A DNA stretch of 64,000 nucleotides, from NCBI GenBank assembly GCA_018971525.1, contig JAGXAR010000013.1, positions 2,389-66,388 on the forward strand, in the 5' to 3' direction. Source of the DNA: Nitrospirota bacterium. Lineage in GTDB: Bacteria > Nitrospirota > Nitrospiria > Nitrospirales > Nitrospiraceae. A program made the position numbers and the translations under genes. Shown piece after piece: positions 9,950 through 18,937 of the stretch. The notes under the pieces are model-generated. The model saw only the letters and a program-made list of their open reading frames with translations. It ran no database searches and was not told where the DNA came from. Numbering within the stretch: the stretch's first letter is position 1; each line of letters begins with the position of its first letter.

Positions 9950-11416
9950 TCAGATGACCTGCACAGGATCCGACTTCCGAAGCAACCACGAACGGATCAC
10001 TGCAATCTCTCCTTGGCGAAACTCCCCGATCCACCAATAGCCAAACAAGCTGATCATCCCCAGCACGATCAGCTTTGCAAAGACGAACAACCCGGAGGTC
10101 GGCCACAACAGCGAAGCCGCACCAACGACGAGCCCGATCAACAGACTACGCAGAAGGGTCTCGACCGGCGGCCACACCTTCCACAGGGCATACACGCTTG
10201 CGACGGCGACAGATGCACCAAGTAACGAGACCCCAACGGTGACAAGCGCGGCTCCTTGCTGCCCTAGTCGAGGGATGAGCAAGAGGTGACCGCCCAGGGC
10301 CAACGGGACCAACGGAGCCGTGAACATCACCGTTCTGGCTGGTAAACCAAGTGCCGTCATAATCGTTAACGACACCATCAACATCACATTCGCGACGGCC
10401 CCGACAATCAACAACGCCAGCAGAGGTCCTGCAGGGAGAAACGCGGTGCCGAATACGACCCCCACAATCTCCGGCGCCGCCCCGGCGATGATTGCCGCGA
10501 TCGGGACGAGCCACAACGTAACCCGCATCGCATCACGCGCAAGCTCCCTGGCTCGCTCTCCTTGGCGGTCTGCAAGCTGGCGGCTCAACGTGGCGAGAAG
10601 CAGCGACGAGAATGTCCAGGAGAACAGGCCTGGAAGGAGTGAGAGACTTTGAGCCGCGCTATAGATGCCGGCCTGTGCGGCAGTGCCTCCGAGGATCTTC
10701 AGCATGAACAGGTCCATTCCGTTGAAGAAAATGAGACAGAGCGAGGAAAGGAACAACAGGGCCCCATATCGCTGGATCGGAATGGGCATTCGCGCTTGCT
10801 TGATGAACATCCCCGATCCGAGGTACCACCGGCTGAGCAAGAGCTCTGCTACTGACGAGCCGATCACACCGAGCAATGCCCCGGTGATGGAAAGACCCGC
10901 CTCCACAAGTACCACCACGAGAAACAACCTTGTCAGCCAGCGACCGGCCCTTGCGACTGCACCGCCCTGGTAATTGCCCATTCCAATCAAGACGTTTCGA
11001 TAGGCTTGTCCTACACATAATAGGGGAATATCGACTGCACATACGCGAAGATACAAAGCCAAATCCGGTTCATTAAGGAGAACGCTGAGCGGTGCGGCAA
11101 GAAGCCATACAAGGACCATGGCCGCGATCCCAACCTTCAAACTGAGACGAACAACCATGGCGCCTACTGGTTTCCAATCGCTCGTTTCTCCAACGAACTT
11201 GATGGTGGCTTTGGCAAAGAATGATGTGATGGCACTCTCAACCCAAATGATCGTGGTCAGCGCGAGGGCCAATAACCCATAGCCCTGCGGGCCAAACTGT
11301 CTTGTCAAAAAACCGGTCGTAATGAGAGCCGTCAGGGGGAACAGGAGTTCCGCCAGGAAGATCCGGGCGGTCCCATCCATCATGCGACGGCCTGTTGCCG
11401 ATGTCAGTAAACCCAT
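9950..11416 (-). CDS. Polysaccharide flippase, MOP/Wzx-type
   Basis: 488-aa polytopic ORF (about 12-14 hydrophobic segments). The N-terminal ...ELLFPLTALITTGFLTRQFGPQGYGL pattern is typical of oligosaccharide flippases. Confidence 0.7.
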   Translation of the reverse strand: MGLLTSATGRRMMDGTARIFLAELLFPLTALITTGFLTRQFGPQGYGLLALALTTIIWVESAITSFFAKATIKFVGETSDWKPVGAMVVRLSLKVGIAAMVLVWLLAAPLSVLLNEPDLALYLRVCAVDIPLLCVGQAYRNVLIGMGNYQGGAVARAGRWLTRLFLVVVLVEAGLSITGALLGVIGSSVAELLLSRWYLGSGMFIKQARMPIPIQRYGALLFLSSLCLIFFNGMDLFMLKILGGTAAQAGIYSAAQSLSLLPGLFSWTFSSLLLATLSRQLADRQGERARELARDAMRVTLWLVPIAAIIAGAAPEIVGVVFGTAFLPAGPLLALLIVGAVANVMLMVSLTIMTALGLPARTVMFTAPLVPLALGGHLLLIPRLGQQGAALVTVGVSLLGASVAVASVYALWKVWPPVETLLRSLLIGLVVGAASLLWPTSGLFVFAKLIVLGMISLFGYWWIGEFRQGEIAVIRSWLLRKSDPVQVI

Positions 11417-11849
11417 TCCACTCTTTCAGACGTCGTGCGCGTGACAATCACCTTCCTCAAGAACCGTTTCCAGTCAACCTGCTTATGAGAGGTAACCCCT
11501 GCCTTCCCAGTCCGGCACTCTTGGCCAAGCCAGACGATCCAGCCCATCCGGCCAAGGCAATCGACTGACATTTTGAATCAGTATAGAAACAGGTCGGCCG
11601 GTATCCAATACCTCTAAACTCGGCCCCCCGCTACAGAAGGGGATGGATTTCTTATAAGTAAGGCCCTAAGAAGTTTGACAGCAAAGATACGGTTGAACAA
11701 GAGCATACCATCACGGAGACACAACCAGGACGAATCTCCTGCTTGGTTGGAGAACCAGTCAGGAACTTTCGCGTGTGTTTGCCACGAGAGAGGGGGGGCG
11801 AAGCACCCCCCAACCATATGGACAGGCCTCAGGAAGGATGTGTTACCGC

Positions 11850-13418
11850 TTAACGATTCGTCTCGCCGCTCCCCCTCCACTCAGTTACCAGTAAACCCAA
11901 CGTCAGGACTACAACCGCGCCCGCGCAGACCTGAACCGTCACAGGTATGGTTCCATGAATAGCGAGCCCGATTCCCCACGCGAATCCCATCAAGCCGAGG
12001 ATAGATAGGTGAGGCCATAGTACGAGCGAAAGGCGAGAAGGCACCGCCGTTTTCGGGGTCATCACATAGGGAAACTGGCGGTCGACGAGCACGTCAATCA
12101 CTGCTGCCAGCTGATAGGGCCATTTCGCGAATTGCAGGAGCTTGGCGCGCCAATGAATACCCTGCTCCATTTTCTTATTCAGGTAGAACCGCTGCCGATA
12201 TCTCTCCCAAATATGCAGCATGATGATCGTAAGCCCTCCGCTTGCCATTGTTCCGGCGGTCGCAACATCGGGCGCTTCCGCTAGCACCAGCATGAGTGCA
12301 ACAAAGATCATGGCGATGGGGAACACGATGCTCCTGTGGATATAATTTATTCCATGCAACGCATTCAACAATGCGGAGGTCGGCGAGAGGTTTCGAGCAA
12401 CCGACGGCGCGATTCGCAGCTTGATGTCGAGAACCGAACGGGTCCACCGCCGCTGCTGGTTCAGATAGGCAGGCCAATCGACAGGGGCCAGCCCGCGAGC
12501 CAGGGCCTCAGGGACATAGACACCTTGCCATCCACGATTATGATAGAGAAGCGTGAGAAGCAGGTCGTCGGCATCATGCGAGGCAAACCCTCCGCACTCG
12601 CGCAAGGCGCGGAGACGGTGCGTGTTGTGGCATCCGATAATAAGCGGGAACCCCTTCCCATAACAGGCCATTTGCACTGAGGAGTAGAAATCGTAGGTCT
12701 CCTCTGCCGCTCCTCTTGCAATGAAACTCGCCTGCTGATTGGAGTACACCTGTGCCGCCTGCACATACCCAATCCTCGGGTCATCAAAATACCCCAGGAC
12801 TTTCGACAGAAAAACACGATTCGGCACATGATCGGGATCAAACGCCGCCATGACGTCATACCGCTCGAACCCCACTTCATGGAGCCACGCGTTATAGTTT
12901 CCGTGTTTTGACGCCTTCCGAAACATCCCGACCTCGGTCTGATAGTGAGGATAGTGCAATCGGCTGAAGTGAATGGCGCCCACCGCAGCACAGAGTTGCT
13001 TGACTCGATCGTCATTGCCCTCATCTAAGACCCAGGTATCATGCGGATAATCGAGCGCAACCAGGGCCTTCAGCGTCTGCTCTAGCAGTTCCAGCGGCTC
13101 TATACTTGGCACAAATGTCGTCACCGCAGCAACTTTCCAACCCGGTCTCGCCGGAACCGCCCTCGGCATTCTCATGCTGAGTAATATCCACCATCGCCCA
13201 AGATTGTTGATCAGAAACACGGCTAGGATTGCAAAGAGAACGACCATCACAAATGGATGTTCTCCCCAGGCCGGAAGTCGGAACCATGACAATAGGAAGA
13301 ACGCTATCGCGGCAACTCCCAACACCGTCAACACCCAAAACACGAGACGATCTCTTGGCTGAATGACGTAGTCGCTCACCACCCTGTCCATAGGACTGGT
13401 CCTGTCCGAGCGGTCCAT
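11850..13418 (-). CDS. Membrane-embedded synthase-type GT2 (cellulose/chitin/hyaluronan-synthase-like)
   Basis: VTTFVPSIEPLE...LDEGNDD, AFDPDH and QQRRWTRS (QxxRW) motifs, flanked by TM helices. Start reset to ATG 13418, 2 nt after the upstream stop; the ORF-track start 13637 overlaps the upstream gene. Confidence 0.75.
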   Translation of the reverse strand: MDRSDRTSPMDRVVSDYVIQPRDRLVFWVLTVLGVAAIAFFLLSWFRLPAWGEHPFVMVVLFAILAVFLINNLGRWWILLSMRMPRAVPARPGWKVAAVTTFVPSIEPLELLEQTLKALVALDYPHDTWVLDEGNDDRVKQLCAAVGAIHFSRLHYPHYQTEVGMFRKASKHGNYNAWLHEVGFERYDVMAAFDPDHVPNRVFLSKVLGYFDDPRIGYVQAAQVYSNQQASFIARGAAEETYDFYSSVQMACYGKGFPLIIGCHNTHRLRALRECGGFASHDADDLLLTLLYHNRGWQGVYVPEALARGLAPVDWPAYLNQQRRWTRSVLDIKLRIAPSVARNLSPTSALLNALHGINYIHRSIVFPIAMIFVALMLVLAEAPDVATAGTMASGGLTIIMLHIWERYRQRFYLNKKMEQGIHWRAKLLQFAKWPYQLAAVIDVLVDRQFPYVMTPKTAVPSRLSLVLWPHLSILGLMGFAWGIGLAIHGTIPVTVQVCAGAVVVLTLGLLVTEWRGSGETNR

Positions 13419-13420
13419 GA

Positions 13421-15004
13421 TTAACCCGATCTTTTGTTCTCGTTTAGAGGCCGGAGCCGGTCGGCATCTGTGGCACGCCAAGTATGCCGCGCCCCTTCCC
13501 GTACCGATACCTTTTGGTATGCTCCCATTCCGAAAACAGACCGCAACCACAGACGACCGAGAACACGCCAATATCCCCACCCCACTTGCGCAAGCTTGAA
13601 GGAAGACATGCCCATATCCGGCGTACGATTGATCCATGAAATCGGGACTTCTTTCACCTGATACCCCATCAGAAGAGGCTGTAACCCTGTCTCAGCATTC
13701 ACGGCGAACCAGGGTTCCACTAAGTGTAGTTGATCCACGACCTCGCGGCGCAGCAGCTTCAGATTGTTCGTGAGGTCACGGAAGCGGCGGAGCAACAGGA
13801 TCTGGGCTATCAGATGGAACCCGCGGTTTGCGACGATTTTTCCGAACGGATAATTCAGCAAGACACTATGCCGGGAAAACCTGCTGCCGACGACAACGTC
13901 ATACCCCTTCACTGCCTCGTCGAACAGATCCGAGATCTCCGGCAACAGATGTTGAAAATCACAATCCATGGTTAGGACATACTGCCCCGTCGCCGCCCGA
14001 TAACCATCGGACAGAGCACGGCCGACCCCGTTCGGACCGGTGCGCGAGACAAGCCGAATCCGGTCGTCGACGGCCGCCAGGCTTCTAATGACAGCCGCTG
14101 TCCCGTCCTTGCTGTTGTCGTCCACCAATATGATCTCGTGAAGATAGTCATCATAGAGACGGCGCAGACCGGCCACCAGCGGCTCGATATTCATCTCCTC
14201 GTTGTAGCAGGGCACGACAACCGAGATCGCACGCCAGAGGGCCTTGTGCTCGGTCAGCGACACCGCCGTTCGCTCAACCAAACGCGGCGGCTTTTGGGCA
14301 TGCACCAGAATAGATCCCGCCAACGTCCGAATCCCCGGCGCGTTCTCCAGGATGATCGAGAGATTGCGCAACAGCCAGATCAACCGCGGTGAGAGAGGGG
14401 CAAAGACGAAATCGTTGAACACGGCAAAGACCCGGATGAAGCCCACTTCCGACATGAGTTCGTACAGTTGGCCACGGCTGAGCAGAGACCGCGGATCTGT
14501 CCTGCCGAAGACACGCGCCAGCAGCCGGCGAAGCTTCAGGACAACGTTCCAGGGATTACTTTCATAAAATACAACCTGCCCGCCAGGCTTCAAGAGTTCC
14601 AGGACATGCTGCAGCACCACTGCACAATTGCGTTTATCGAGAAGATCAATAGCCACGACGTAGTCAAAATGCCGCCCGCTCAGAGTATCCGGGAACGAAC
14701 CCGCGGCGATGAACTCGACCGGCTCCGGGATATTGCCCGGTTTGCTGGCAAGAGAATCGAAGGTCACTGCGGTGATGGGATTTCGCGCGCGGGTAACTTG
14801 CGCCAGTTGTTGAGTGAACAAACCTTTGCCACACCCTATCTCGAGGATGCTTCGCCCGGGCAAGAGATGAACCAGATGCCGAAAGGACTGTGCGCGCCAG
14901 CGGAGGCGGTCCGTCGCGATAGGGTCGCGACGCACAAGATATTCGTCCCGAGTCTTCTCGCGAAGCGCAAGGGTCTGGAGTATCGATTGGTCAGAGGTAC
15001 TCAT
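13421..15004 (-). CDS. Fusion: class I SAM methyltransferase (N) + GT2 (C, DPM1-like)
   Basis: ILEIGCGKGLFTQQLA motif I in the N-terminal half. The C-terminal half has ISVVVPCYNEEMNIEPLV...ILVDDNSKDGT...LTMDCDFQH. Confidence 0.8.
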   Translation of the reverse strand: MSTSDQSILQTLALREKTRDEYLVRRDPIATDRLRWRAQSFRHLVHLLPGRSILEIGCGKGLFTQQLAQVTRARNPITAVTFDSLASKPGNIPEPVEFIAAGSFPDTLSGRHFDYVVAIDLLDKRNCAVVLQHVLELLKPGGQVVFYESNPWNVVLKLRRLLARVFGRTDPRSLLSRGQLYELMSEVGFIRVFAVFNDFVFAPLSPRLIWLLRNLSIILENAPGIRTLAGSILVHAQKPPRLVERTAVSLTEHKALWRAISVVVPCYNEEMNIEPLVAGLRRLYDDYLHEIILVDDNSKDGTAAVIRSLAAVDDRIRLVSRTGPNGVGRALSDGYRAATGQYVLTMDCDFQHLLPEISDLFDEAVKGYDVVVGSRFSRHSVLLNYPFGKIVANRGFHLIAQILLLRRFRDLTNNLKLLRREVVDQLHLVEPWFAVNAETGLQPLLMGYQVKEVPISWINRTPDMGMSSFKLAQVGWGYWRVLGRLWLRSVFGMGAYQKVSVREGARHTWRATDADRLRPLNENKRSG

Positions 15005-15013
15005 ACCGCTCTT

Positions 15014-16069
15014 TCACTCATGCAACCGAACATTCCAGGCGCTGATCATTTCCCGAAACACATCATCGAGCGATTTGGTCACCGACCACTTCGGATAATG
15101 TTTCTGAAAGCTGGTGAGATCGCTGATATAGCAAATATGGTCGCCGACACGCGGCTGATCAAGGTACTCGTATTGCATTTTCTTCCCCGTCAACTCCTCG
15201 ACAATGTCGAATGCCTCCAAAATAGAGCAGGAATTCGCTCGCCCGCCCCCCATGTTGTACACTTCGCCGCATCGGGGATTCGCATAGATCTCTTCTATGG
15301 CCCGAGCAACATCGAAGCTGTGGATGTTGTCCCTCACCTGTTTCCCCTTATACCCATGGATTCGATAGATCTTCCCGCTCAGTTGCGTCTTGACCAGATA
15401 CGACAAGAATCCATGGAGTTCGACGCCCGAATGATTCGGACCGGTCAGGCAACCGCCGCGGAGACAGTGCGTCTTCATGCCAAAGTAACGGCCATACTCT
15501 TGCGTCACCACATCGGCCGCAACCTTGCTGGCTCCGAAGATGGAATGTTTCGATCGGTCGATCCGCATCGCTTCCGTCACCCCCTGGTAGTCCTCCGGTC
15601 GAGCGTAATCCCAGCGCCGGTCCAGCTCTTTGAGCAGCAACTCATTGGGGGCATCTCCGTATACCTTATTTGTTGACATGAATACGCAGACCGCTTCCGG
15701 GCAATGTTGCCGAGTTATTTCCAGGACATTGAACGTTCCTGTCGCATTGACGTCGAAATCGTCGAATGGACGATGGGCCGCCAGGTCATGGCTGGGCTGG
15801 GCCGCACAATGCACAATCAGATCGAATGGGCCTTCGCGCTTAAACAGATCGGAAAGCCCTCCCCGATCTCGAATATCGAGTGAGTGGTGCGAGAACCGAC
15901 GAGTGCTCTGACGCAGCCGTTGAAGATTCCACGTCGTGTCACCTTCCGGACCGAAAAAGTCCGCTCGCATATTGTTGTCAACGCCGATCACGCGAGCGGC
16001 ACGGCTGTCGAAAAAAGTCACGAGCTCAGACCCGATGAGGCCGCTCGAACCGGTAACAAAGACGTTCAT
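15014..16069 (-). CDS. NAD-dependent sugar epimerase/dehydratase (SDR; CDP-paratose-2-epimerase-like)
   Basis: [16 protein letters not shown] (GxxGxxG) and YGASKVAAD (YxxxK). Confidence 0.8.
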   Translation of the reverse strand: MNVFVTGSSGLIGSELVTFFDSRAARVIGVDNNMRADFFGPEGDTTWNLQRLRQSTRRFSHHSLDIRDRGGLSDLFKREGPFDLIVHCAAQPSHDLAAHRPFDDFDVNATGTFNVLEITRQHCPEAVCVFMSTNKVYGDAPNELLLKELDRRWDYARPEDYQGVTEAMRIDRSKHSIFGASKVAADVVTQEYGRYFGMKTHCLRGGCLTGPNHSGVELHGFLSYLVKTQLSGKIYRIHGYKGKQVRDNIHSFDVARAIEEIYANPRCGEVYNMGGGRANSCSILEAFDIVEELTGKKMQYEYLDQPRVGDHICYISDLTSFQKHYPKWSVTKSLDDVFREMISAWNVRLHE

Positions 16070-16075
16070 GATCTG

Positions 16076-17284
16076 CTATTCTCTTGTGATGTGCTCAGAT
16101 TTTTTCATGGACATAGCCGAGATGAAAAGAGAGGAAAACATCGTTCCCCCTCCTATAATGACAAGCGTGGCACCCAGCGAAGCCCACTCCGGATGTGGGA
16201 GAGGGAGAAAACCGGACTGGGCCCACTCCCATACAAGCAGACCGAGAACAATCGCACCAATCAGAAGTGTCCCTCCGCCAAGCAATAGGCCGGTTTCAAG
16301 CCTGAACCAATGGTAGAACGCCCCTAGCCCCTTATTGTTCTTGTCAAAGCGACGGCTCCACGAATAGGTCTTGGCGTGCAACCCCAAACTGATGACTTGA
16401 AACCCAACCACACTCAGGATCGTCCCAAAAATCCCCGTTGCCGTCCCAAGTGGTTTCCCGTTCAGTTCAACAAGCCCAGCGAGCGAAACAACATGGGCCA
16501 GCAGTCCAAGCCCGAGCGCGACGACTCCCGGGAGGAAGAACACTTTATTTGGGCAATACAGCAGCATCATGCGCAAGCTGCGCCAGCCGTCACGAAAAGT
16601 CCGAAGTTTAGACTCACCTTTCCGTTCATGCAGGCGAATCGGCACTTCCGCAGTCTTCAACCCTGCGAGGCCGGCGTTGATCGCCAATTCGAGATTAAAC
16701 TCCATTCCTGGGCTAACCGGTTGAATCAGGTCATACGCACGACGGCTGAATGCCCGGTATCCGCAATACACATCGGTGTATTTCGTCTCGAAGAGTGCAT
16801 TGAGAATTCTTGTGAGAAGCGGGTTCCCGAAGATTCGATGCAGGAATGGAATTGTGGCGTGCCCACCCTCCAGATACCGGCTACCGGTCACGAAGTCATG
16901 CCCTGCACGAAGCTTCTCGACAAACGTGGGGATCATCGTAAAGTCATACGTATCATCGGCATCACCCATGACGAGATACGTGCCCTTAGCACTCGCAAAC
17001 CCCTGTAAGTACGCATTGCCATATCCGCGTTCAGGCTGATGCACGACTCGGACCCCCATACCATCCGCAATCGCGACGGAGCGGTCAGTCGATCCATTGT
17101 CACAGACCACGATTTCGCCATCGAGTTGCGCTCGCGAGAACGTGTCCAGGATCTTCTGGAGGCAGGCCCCGATGGCTGCCTCCTCATTCAGGCATGGGAG
17201 AACCACAGACACCGTGAGGGGATGTGATGACTCAAGCCCATGGTGAGAAGGCTGATTATGTGCGGTCGCAGGGACGACGCTCAT
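16076..17284 (-). CDS. Polyprenyl-phosphate glycosyltransferase, GT2 with C-terminal TM helices (ArnC/GtrB/DPM1-like)
   Basis: VSVVLPCLNEEAAIGACL...VVCDNGSTDRS...MGDADDTYD, followed by about 4 hydrophobic helices. Confidence 0.75.
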   Translation of the reverse strand: MSVVPATAHNQPSHHGLESSHPLTVSVVLPCLNEEAAIGACLQKILDTFSRAQLDGEIVVCDNGSTDRSVAIADGMGVRVVHQPERGYGNAYLQGFASAKGTYLVMGDADDTYDFTMIPTFVEKLRAGHDFVTGSRYLEGGHATIPFLHRIFGNPLLTRILNALFETKYTDVYCGYRAFSRRAYDLIQPVSPGMEFNLELAINAGLAGLKTAEVPIRLHERKGESKLRTFRDGWRSLRMMLLYCPNKVFFLPGVVALGLGLLAHVVSLAGLVELNGKPLGTATGIFGTILSVVGFQVISLGLHAKTYSWSRRFDKNNKGLGAFYHWFRLETGLLLGGGTLLIGAIVLGLLVWEWAQSGFLPLPHPEWASLGATLVIIGGGTMFSSLFISAMSMKKSEHITRE

Positions 17285-17317
17285 TTTGCGACCTCAGGTA
17301 CAGGTAATGTCAGTATG

Positions 17318-18937
17318 CTACTTTCGAGTGACCAAAAACAGTAGTTGATTATCCTGTCTTGCCTTTAACTCAAGATGCCAACCGGTCGCAGTCAGATCAG
17401 ATACTATCCAATTAAGACTCGGGCCCACCTGCCCGTTAACCCACGGTCCCCCAAGGTATGCACCATGCACATATAACAGAAAGCGAGGCTCTGTTCTCTT
17501 ATATGGCTCAGACTCTTGGATGTTCATGTGAAACCAAGGTCGCAAGTCCAATATGCCTCGATCCAACGTATCATGCCCAAGGTAGCGGAACGACCTATCC
17601 GGGTCGGCCAGATAGACGAAGCGAGAGGAGAGATCTCGCGGAGCATAGTGAGACAGCTTCATGAAGTTATGAGGATCGGCCACGACGACCGGCAAATCGC
17701 TCTCTGGCACGCTCCGCACAATGGCATACATGTGGCTGAGCGCCGTTTCCGGCGTGGTGGGCAAACTGCGGGCCCATAACATGACAAATCCACCGCAAGA
17801 CAGGAAAAGGACCATCGCTCCTAGAAGTGCTCGTCCACCAAGAAGCCGGGCACTTGTCCATGCAACCAGCACGCTCACGCCAAGAACGGTCGGTAACGCG
17901 TAACGAGGCACAAACGCTCCGGTCACCGACATCGCCACGGCAACAGCGATAACAGGGAAAGACACATACCCCAGTGCAACCGCCAATTCGTGGGCCGGTA
18001 TCGCAGAAGCATTCACAGAGGCCCGGGCGTCGACATGCTGTACATGCGCCACTGCTAGGATTCCGGCAAAGATCAAGACCAACATCAGCATCAGGGGCGC
18101 CGGCATGAGCAACAACGAGTACGTCTCAGGTATCGACTGCCAGCTTGGAAGTGCCCAGAATCCCTTGGCATACGTCCGCGCTTTTTCAATCACGGGAATG
18201 AATACCAGCAGTGGGGAGAGTGCTCCACCCATTGCAAGCCAGATCGCCCAATCCACACGGCGGCGGTCGTAGGAGCGCACAAGCTCGGCGATTCCCAGCG
18301 GGACAAACACCAATACAGCGTAATAGTGACTGCACAAGGCGGCGGCTAGACTCCCGAATAAACCCAACAGCGGCAACCAACGGACACGACGCTCTGTGGC
18401 AGCCTGCCAAGAGAGCCAGGATGCGGAAGCAAAAGCCAGTACCAGCCCATAGGGCCTGGCTTCGTAGCTGTAAAAGTTTGCTCCCGTCCCAAAGAGAAAT
18501 ATCATCGCGACGAACCCATACAGCGAAGAGCTTCGGTGCGCAACGATATGAAAGAGACAAACCCCTGCGCCCCACACCCCGATCATTTCCGGCAAGCGAA
18601 GAGCCCATTCATTGACTCCGAACAAGCCAAGCGACCATCGAGTCAGCACGTAGAACGGAAATGGATTCTGATCTGCGCCGGTCAGGAGCGCGGACCAGAT
18701 ACCGGAGAGCGACGGTGCTTGGGCGATAAAATACGTAAACAGTTCATCATTCCACATAGGCTTACGCGAGGCCAACACGCTTGTCGCCGCGAAATACACG
18801 AACGAGACCGCCCCCAGCAGCAATAACCTGTGCTGTTCGCACAAATCCAGCAAGGATTCCGCATAGCCATCGAGCCATTGCACTGCTTGCACGAGAACCG
18901 GCGACTTCTCCGACGAACTCACATCAGCCGACATCAT
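17318..18937 (-). CDS. GT-C fold polytopic glycosyltransferase (ArnT/PMT-like)
   Basis: 539-aa protein with many TM helices. An acidic first loop (KPMWNDELFTYF) resembles ArnT/PMT enzymes. Start reset to ATG 18937 (14-nt overlap with the upstream gene). Confidence 0.6.
   Translation of the reverse strand: MMSADVSSSEKSPVLVQAVQWLDGYAESLLDLCEQHRLLLLGAVSFVYFAATSVLASRKPMWNDELFTYFIAQAPSLSGIWSALLTGADQNPFPFYVLTRWSLGLFGVNEWALRLPEMIGVWGAGVCLFHIVAHRSSSLYGFVAMIFLFGTGANFYSYEARPYGLVLAFASASWLSWQAATERRVRWLPLLGLFGSLAAALCSHYYAVLVFVPLGIAELVRSYDRRRVDWAIWLAMGGALSPLLVFIPVIEKARTYAKGFWALPSWQSIPETYSLLLMPAPLMLMLVLIFAGILAVAHVQHVDARASVNASAIPAHELAVALGYVSFPVIAVAVAMSVTGAFVPRYALPTVLGVSVLVAWTSARLLGGRALLGAMVLFLSCGGFVMLWARSLPTTPETALSHMYAIVRSVPESDLPVVVADPHNFMKLSHYAPRDLSSRFVYLADPDRSFRYLGHDTLDRGILDLRPWFHMNIQESEPYKRTEPRFLLYVHGAYLGGPWVNGQVGPSLNWIVSDLTATGWHLELKARQDNQLLFLVTRK

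Noticed and set aside
9657-10106. 149-aa ORF as an intact IS200-like transposase.
   Set aside because: Its first ~54 codons overlap the 3' end of the flippase gene in another frame and show no similarity to the family. The conserved part starts after the flippase stop, and the C-terminal catalytic region is missing. It is therefore called a remnant.
14468-15676. 402-aa plus-strand ORF.
   Set aside because: It lies entirely antisense to the well-supported methyltransferase-GT2 and epimerase genes. Its composition is Arg/Pro/Ala-rich with no motifs. This is a typical shadow ORF of GC-rich DNA.
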